Assembly: GCA_964016885.1 (NCBI GenBank)
Contig: OZ024758.1
Coordinates: forward strand, 23,002,001 to 23,066,000
Direction of reading: 5' to 3'
Origin: Eledone cirrhosa
Lineage: Eukaryota
Length of the DNA: 64,000 bases
Shown: positions 58,301-64,000 of the stretch, one piece after another
Numbering within the stretch: position 1 is the first letter of the stretch
Layout of the letters: every line of letters begins with the position of its first letter
Translations under genes and position numbers: made by a program
The notes under the pieces: model-generated
The model's input: the letters and a program-made list of their open reading frames with translations, nothing else
Databases searched by the model: none
What the model was told of the DNA's origin: nothing

Positions 58301-59029
58301 TATTTGTTTTACAAGATTCTTGAAGTGAAATCGTATGTTGAAAATATACTACAGAGTAAATGTTGTACACTTAAGAGAATGGATATAAACTATGTCGGGA
58401 ACCAAACAGATTTAATGCAACTAATAAACATTTTGGAAATGCAATAAAAATTATATTTTGTAAAGACTTTTGTTCATGGTTGAACCAACAAGAAAACAGA
58501 TGAAACATGTGTCAATATTTAATGTCATAGTGAAGTTCAAATTCCACAAGAACTGAATTTCTCTTTCATTCTTTATCTTCGTCTTCTTCGTCTTCTTCGT
58601 CTTCTTCTTCATCTTTGTCTTCGTCTTTGTCTTCTTCATCTTCTTCTTCTTCGTTTTCTTCTTCGTTTTCTTCTTCGTTTTCTTCTTCGTTTTCTTCTTC
58701 GTTTTCTTTTTCTTCGTTTTCTTCTTTTTCTTCGTTTTCTTCTTTTTCTTCGTTTTCTTCTTTTTCTTCTTTTTCTTCGTCTTCTTCTTCGTCGTCGTCT
58801 TCTTTGTTTTCTTATTCGTCTTCTTTGTTTTCTTCTTTTTTCTTCGTCGTCTTCTTTGTTTTCTTCTTCTTTTTCTTCGTCGTCTTCTTCTTTTTCTTCT
58901 TCGTCTTCTCCTTCGTCTTCCTCTTCGTTTTCTTCTTCGTTTTCTTCGTTTTCTTCTTTTTCTTCTTTTTCTTCTTTTTCTTCTTCGTCATCGTCTTCGT
59001 CTTTTTCTTCTTCGTCTTCTTCTTCGCCC

Positions 59030-61500
59030 ACTTATTCCTGGGAGGGTCGTGGGGGGGGGCAGAGACCTCAAACACTCCCTCCAGCAAGGTCCTGTCAGAA
59101 GCAGCCGTCTCCAACTGATCCAGCTGGATCCCCCAAGCGTTACCAACCAAGCTCATGGATGTTATCCAACCATCTTGTTCGGGATCTACCCCTGGGTCTC
59201 TTTCCAGTTGGTTTTGCCTGTAAAATCTGTCCAGCGATTCTTTCCTCAGACATTCTAACCACATGTCCACAGTATCGAAGCTATGATCCCTCAATTCGGA
59301 GAAGTAGCAGCTCTACCTGGAGTGACTCTCTGATCTCCTGAGACATTCTAACCACATGTCCATAGCATCGGAGCTATGATCCCTCAATTTGGAGAAGTAG
59401 CAGCTCTACCTGGAGTGACTCTCTGATCTCCTGAGACATTCTAACCACATGTCCATAGCATCGGAGCTATGATCCCTCAATTCGGAGAAGTAGCAGCTCT
59501 ACCTGGAGTGACTCTCTGATCTCCTGAGACATTCTAACCACATGTCCACAGTATCGGAGCTATGATCCCTCAATTCGGAGAAGTAGCAGCTCTACCTGGA
59601 GTGACTCTCTGATCTCCTGAGACATTCTAACCACATGTCCACAGTATCGGAGCTATGATCCCTCAATTCGGAGAAGTAGCAGCTCTACCTGGAGTGACTC
59701 TCTGATCTCCTGAGACATTCTAACCACATGTCCATAGCATCGGAGCTATGATCCCTCAATTCGGAGAAGTAGCAGCTCTACCTGGAGTGACTCTCTGATC
59801 TCCTGAGACATTCTAACCACATGTCCATAGCATCGGAGCTATGATCCCTCAATTCGGAGAAGTAGCAGCTCTACCTGGAGTGACTCTCTGATCTCCTGAG
59901 ACATTCTAACCACATGTCCACAGCATCGGAGCTATGATCCCTCAATTCGGAGAAGTAGCAGCTCTACCTGGAGTGACTCTCTGATCTCCTGAGACATTCT
60001 AACCACATGTCCATAGCATCGGAGCTATGATCCCTCAATTCGGAGAAGTAGCAGCTCTACCTGGAGTGACTCTCTGATCTCCTCAGACATTCTAACCACA
60101 TGTCCATAGCATCGGAGCTATGATCCTTCAATTCGGAGAAGTAGCAGCTCTACCTGGAGTGACTCTCTGATCTCCTGAGACATTCTAACCACATGTCCAT
60201 AGCATCGGAGCTATGATCCCTCAATTCGGAGAAGTAGCAGCTCTACCTGGAGTGACTCTCTGATCTCCTCAGACATTCTAACCACATGTCCATAGCATCG
60301 GAGCTATGATCCCTCAATTCGGAGAAGTAGCAGCTCTACCTGGAGTGACTCTCTGATCTCCTGAGACATTCTAACCACATGTCCATAGCATCGGAGCTAT
60401 GATCCCTCAATTCGGAGAAGTAGCAGCTCTACCTGGAGTGACTCTCTGATCTCCTGAGACATTCTAACCACATGTCCATAGCATCGGAGCTATGATCCCT
60501 CAATTCGGAGAAGTAGCAGCTCTACCTGGAGTGACTCTCTGATCTCCTGAGACATTCTAACCACATGTCCACAGTATCGGAGCTATGATCCCTCAATTCG
60601 GAGAAGTAGCAGCTCTACCTGGAGTGACTCTCTGAACCCCTGAGACATTCTAACCACATGTCCATAGCATCGGAGCTATGATCCCTCAATTTGGAGAAGT
60701 AGCAGCTCTACCTGGAGTGACTCTCTGATCTCCTGAGACATTCTAACCACATGTCCATAGCATCGGAGCTATGATCCCTCAATTCGGAGAAGTAGCAGCT
60801 CTACCTGGAGTGACTCTCTGATCTCCTGAGACATTCTAACCACATGTCCATAGCATCGGAGCTATGATCCCTCAATTCGGAGAAGTAGCAGCTCTACCTG
60901 GAGTGACTCTCTGATCTCCTGAGACATTCTAACCACATGTTCACAGTATCGGAGCTATGATCCCTCAATTTGGAGAAGTAGCAGCTCTACCTGGAGTGAC
61001 TCTCTGATCTCCTGAGACATTCTAACCACATGTTCACAGTATCGGAGCTATGATCCCTCAATTCGGAGAAGTAGCAGCTCTACCTGGAGTGACTCTCTGA
61101 TCTCCTGAGACATTCTAACCACATGTTCACAGTATCGGAGCTATGATCCCTCAATTCGGAGAAGTAGCAGCTCTACCTGGAGTGACTCTCTGATCTCCTG
61201 AGACATTCTAACCACATGTCCACAGTATCGGAGCTATGATCCCTCAATTTGGAGAAGTAGCAGCTCTACCTGGAGTGACTCTCTGATCTCCTGAGACATT
61301 CTAACCACATGTCCATAGCATCGGAGCTATGATCCCTCAATTCGGAGAAGTAGCAGCTCTACCTGGAGTGACTCTCTGATCTCCTGAGACATTCTAACCA
61401 CATGTCCATAGCATCGGAGCTATGATCCCTCAATTCGGAGAAGTAGCAGCTCTACCTGGAGTGACTCTCTGATCTCCGAGTTATGCACTTTATCAAGCAA
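59030..61500 (-). mobile_element. RTE-like LINE 3' end with a (GAA)n tail and an internal 93-bp tandem array of about 24 copies (59248-61476)
   Basis: GHVVRMSEERIAGQILQAKPTGKRPRGRSRTRWLDN motif; unit starts at 59248 and 59341. Confidence 0.85.
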
Positions 61501-61627
61501 TATTACTCTAAAGACCCTTCGACGTCAATAAATAAATAAAAGTTTTTTCCTTCACATCTTATTAAAATACGTGCTAGTAGAGACCTAGAATTCATTAACT
61601 TGATTTTTACCTATTCTTTTCAATAAT

Positions 61628-61841
61628 TAACCCTTTAGCATTTCCATTACTCTATATTTACTATAATATTTTCACGCTAAATAATTATCTCACATAATAT
61701 CGAATCTATGAGATGTTGATATTATTTATTTTGAGAACAATATCTTAACATAAGCATGAATAGCCAGTTGTGGCCGGTTTGAACAGAAAGAGGTGAGAGA
61801 ATTCTAGCCGGATACAGCCGGTTTAAATGCTAAAAGGTTAA
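61628..61841 (+). mobile_element. piggyBac-type MITE (about 215 bp), representative. Other copies at about 28865, 32911, 34329(-), 46815(-), 47326, 56440, 62128, 62343
   Basis: TTAA-CCCTTTAGCATTT ... AAATGCTAAA(G/A)GG-TTAA terminal inverted repeats with TTAA target sites. Confidence 0.85.
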
Positions 61842-61964
61842 ACTAGTTTTCAAATAAGAATGCAATAACACACTTGCAGTAGTTTTCCTATTTATGTGTA
61901 TATATATTCTGTTAATGAAACATGTTGTTTAAGAGATAATGTTTAAATATTTTTTCATCTCTAG

Positions 61965-62104
61965 CGTTGATGACAATACCTTGGTTAGCATCACAGAATA
62001 TATATATAAGAAGATACAGGAAAATGTTGATGAATATGATGAAATTCTGCTTTCTACAAAGAATATATTACGTGTTACAAGCAATATCTTAAAATATATG
62101 AAAG
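61965..62104 (+). CDS. ABCA1-like: ABCA ECD1 exon: (S)VDDNTLVSITEYIYKKIQENVDEYDEILLSTKNILRVTSNILKYMK
   Basis: ctctag acceptor, GTAATC donor, phase 2-1. Confidence 0.8.
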
Positions 62105-62799
62105 GTAATCTTAGCTTTTTCCATGAATTAACTCTTTAGCTTTGACATTACTCTATATATACTATTATATTTTCACGGTAAAGGCTTTATCTCACATAAT
62201 TATCTCACATAATATCAAATCTATGAGATTTTGATATTATCTATTTTGAAAAGAATACCGTAACAACAATATGAGCAGTTGGTTTGAACGGAATGAGGTG
62301 AAAGAATTTTGGCCGGATATAGCCAGTTTAAATGCTAAAGGGTTAACCCTTTAGCATTTACATTACTCTATATATACTAATATAACTTCCCCGTAAAGGC
62401 TTTCATCATCTCATCATCATCATCTTCGTTTAACGTCCATCTTCCACGCTAGCATGGGTTAGACGGGATGTGCCCCACTTGAGGCAAGGTAGGTCGGGTG
62501 ACCATGTCTCGCTCATATAGGACTGTCTGGCAGGTTTTCTATGCCTGGATGCCCTTCCTAACACCAACCACATTTACAGTGTGGCTTTATCTTACATAAT
62601 CTCACATAATATCGAATCAACGAGATTTTGATATTATATATTTTGAGAACAATACCTTAACAGCAGTATGAGTTGCCAGTTACAGCTGGTTTGAACAGAA
62701 AGAGGTGAAATAATTATGGCCGGATATGGCCGGTTTAAATGCTAAAGTGTTAAGATATAATATGCATTTACTAATACATCTTCTCTTATTCTTTATCAG

Positions 62800-62912
62800 C
62801 TTTACCAGATCTTTTTGAAAGTGGTCGACAATTTGACGACCTATTCAACCAGCTAAGTTCCTATGTTCTAAAGGAAGTGGATAATGTTCTTCAAGAGATC
62901 CCAGATTTAAAT
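62800..62912 (+). CDS. ABCA1-like: ABCA ECD1 exon: ALPDLFESGRQFDDLFNQLSSYVLKEVDNVLQEIPDLN
   Basis: ttatcag acceptor, GTATGT donor, phase 1-0. Confidence 0.78.
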
Positions 62913-63294
62913 GTATGTGTTAAAAGATATATCTAATATATATCATTTGTAAAATTTTCTAGTTTGTCTGAAGTCATATTATTCAAATATACGATAGATA
63001 TATAAGTACTAGAAAGAATGATGGTTAACCACAGGATCTGTGTATATCTGTGTGTTTTGTGTTTGTGTGTGTGTGTGTTTGTGTGTGCATATGCATCTGT
63101 GTTTGAATGTGAGTGTGTGAATGTGTTAATCGTTTGACTAATTCTTTTGGCATTACCGTTAACATGGCCAGCTCTTTCAGCTGCAATAAAAAAAAAAGTA
63201 ACTGAAATTTGAAATGGCAAATATGGTTAACTGGCCTTTCAACAGCACACAGTGTTGTATGTAATATTGTAACGTGAGATATTGAAAGCATACA

Positions 63295-63638
63295 TAACTC
63301 TTCAGTACCATAGACAAGATAACTCGTCTCAATATGTATGCATTCCAGTGCCACGGACGAGTCATTCTAATATGTTTGAACTCTTTTCCAACAGTTCATA
63401 ACTTCAAAGTTATGAGCTCTTTTCCAACAGTTCATAACTTCAAAGTTTTGAACTTGTTTCCAACAGTTCATAACTTCAAAGCTAGATAGGGTTACTAGTT
63501 TATTGATGTGACGTTTGTTAATCATTCAGATAAGTGTTGTTAATAATTTTTTGTTTAAAAATAGTCATTTTACTGAAAAAAAACAAAAAAAAACAGCAAC
63601 TGTAGCTGTGTAAAATATACACAACAGTCAATAGGTTA
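63295..63638 (+). mobile_element. Second TTAA-type MITE family with internal ~31-bp repeats (other copy at about 46518-46815)
   Basis: Shared sequence ctcttcagt..tagac.agataac, (ttccaacagttcataacttcaaagtt)n, ending in ggttaa. Confidence 0.6.
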
Positions 63639-63739
63639 AACAGCATGCTAGAGCACAGATTTTTTGTAATTTAAAATATTTTTTTCTGTGTCAATGAATG
63701 AATATTTAGCATTTTAATAACAAACTGTTTGTATTTCAG

Positions 63740-63969
63740 GATATGAACAAAATGTTTCCAGATTCAGATGCACCAACATTACGCAAAAAGCGTGATACCA
63801 AAACCACTGATAAGGTCAAAGTTAAAGAATTAGCCATGTATTTCAAATCTATAATCCGAAGCTCTCGAGACATACAGTCATATGGTGCGAGACATTGGCT
63901 TCGTTTATTCTCAAAGATTCAAAATTCGGATTTACAAATTATGTTAAATCATAAAGACATCCTATCAAG
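63740..63969 (+). CDS. ABCA1-like: ABCA ECD1 exon: DMNKMFPDSDAPTLRKKRDTKTT...NHKDILS (gene continues beyond the window)
   Basis: tttcag acceptor, AG|GTAATA donor, 230 nt open, phase 0-2. Confidence 0.8.
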
Positions 63970-64000
63970 GTAATAATACAAGTGTTGTTTTTGTGTTGTA

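Noticed and set aside
58575-59294. Lys/Arg/Glu-rich and Ser/Phe-rich ORFs
   Set aside because: Translation of the expanded (TTC)n LINE tail.

Overview
AT-rich, repeat-dense animal DNA, most likely an octopod cephalopod (inferred from the SINE families and huge (TA)n tracts; not checked against a database). It contains a 200-N gap at 19032-19231. One host gene is supported: the 5' part of a plus-strand ABCA-subfamily lipid transporter. I read 14 coding exons by hand between 32639 and 63969 (2096 nt, about 698 aa); all have GT-AG boundaries and compatible phases, and the gene continues past the window. Its first extracellular domain appears expanded by a repeated 4-exon cassette and contains an RKKR furin-type motif. 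Most supplied ORFs are microsatellite artefacts. The most striking non-genic signal is about 18 intact or near-intact minimal type-I hammerhead ribozyme motifs from several unrelated families, several with a U3-A8 compensatory core. Many lie in fold-back (inverted-arm plus unique tail) insertions anchored in (TA)n tracts, consistent with Penelope-like retroelement termini or non-autonomous derivatives. Also present: tRNA-derived SINEs, piggyBac, hAT and Tc1-type MITEs, Helitron ends, LINE remnants (one with a twin-priming 5' inversion), a solo LTR and several TE-derived minisatellites.
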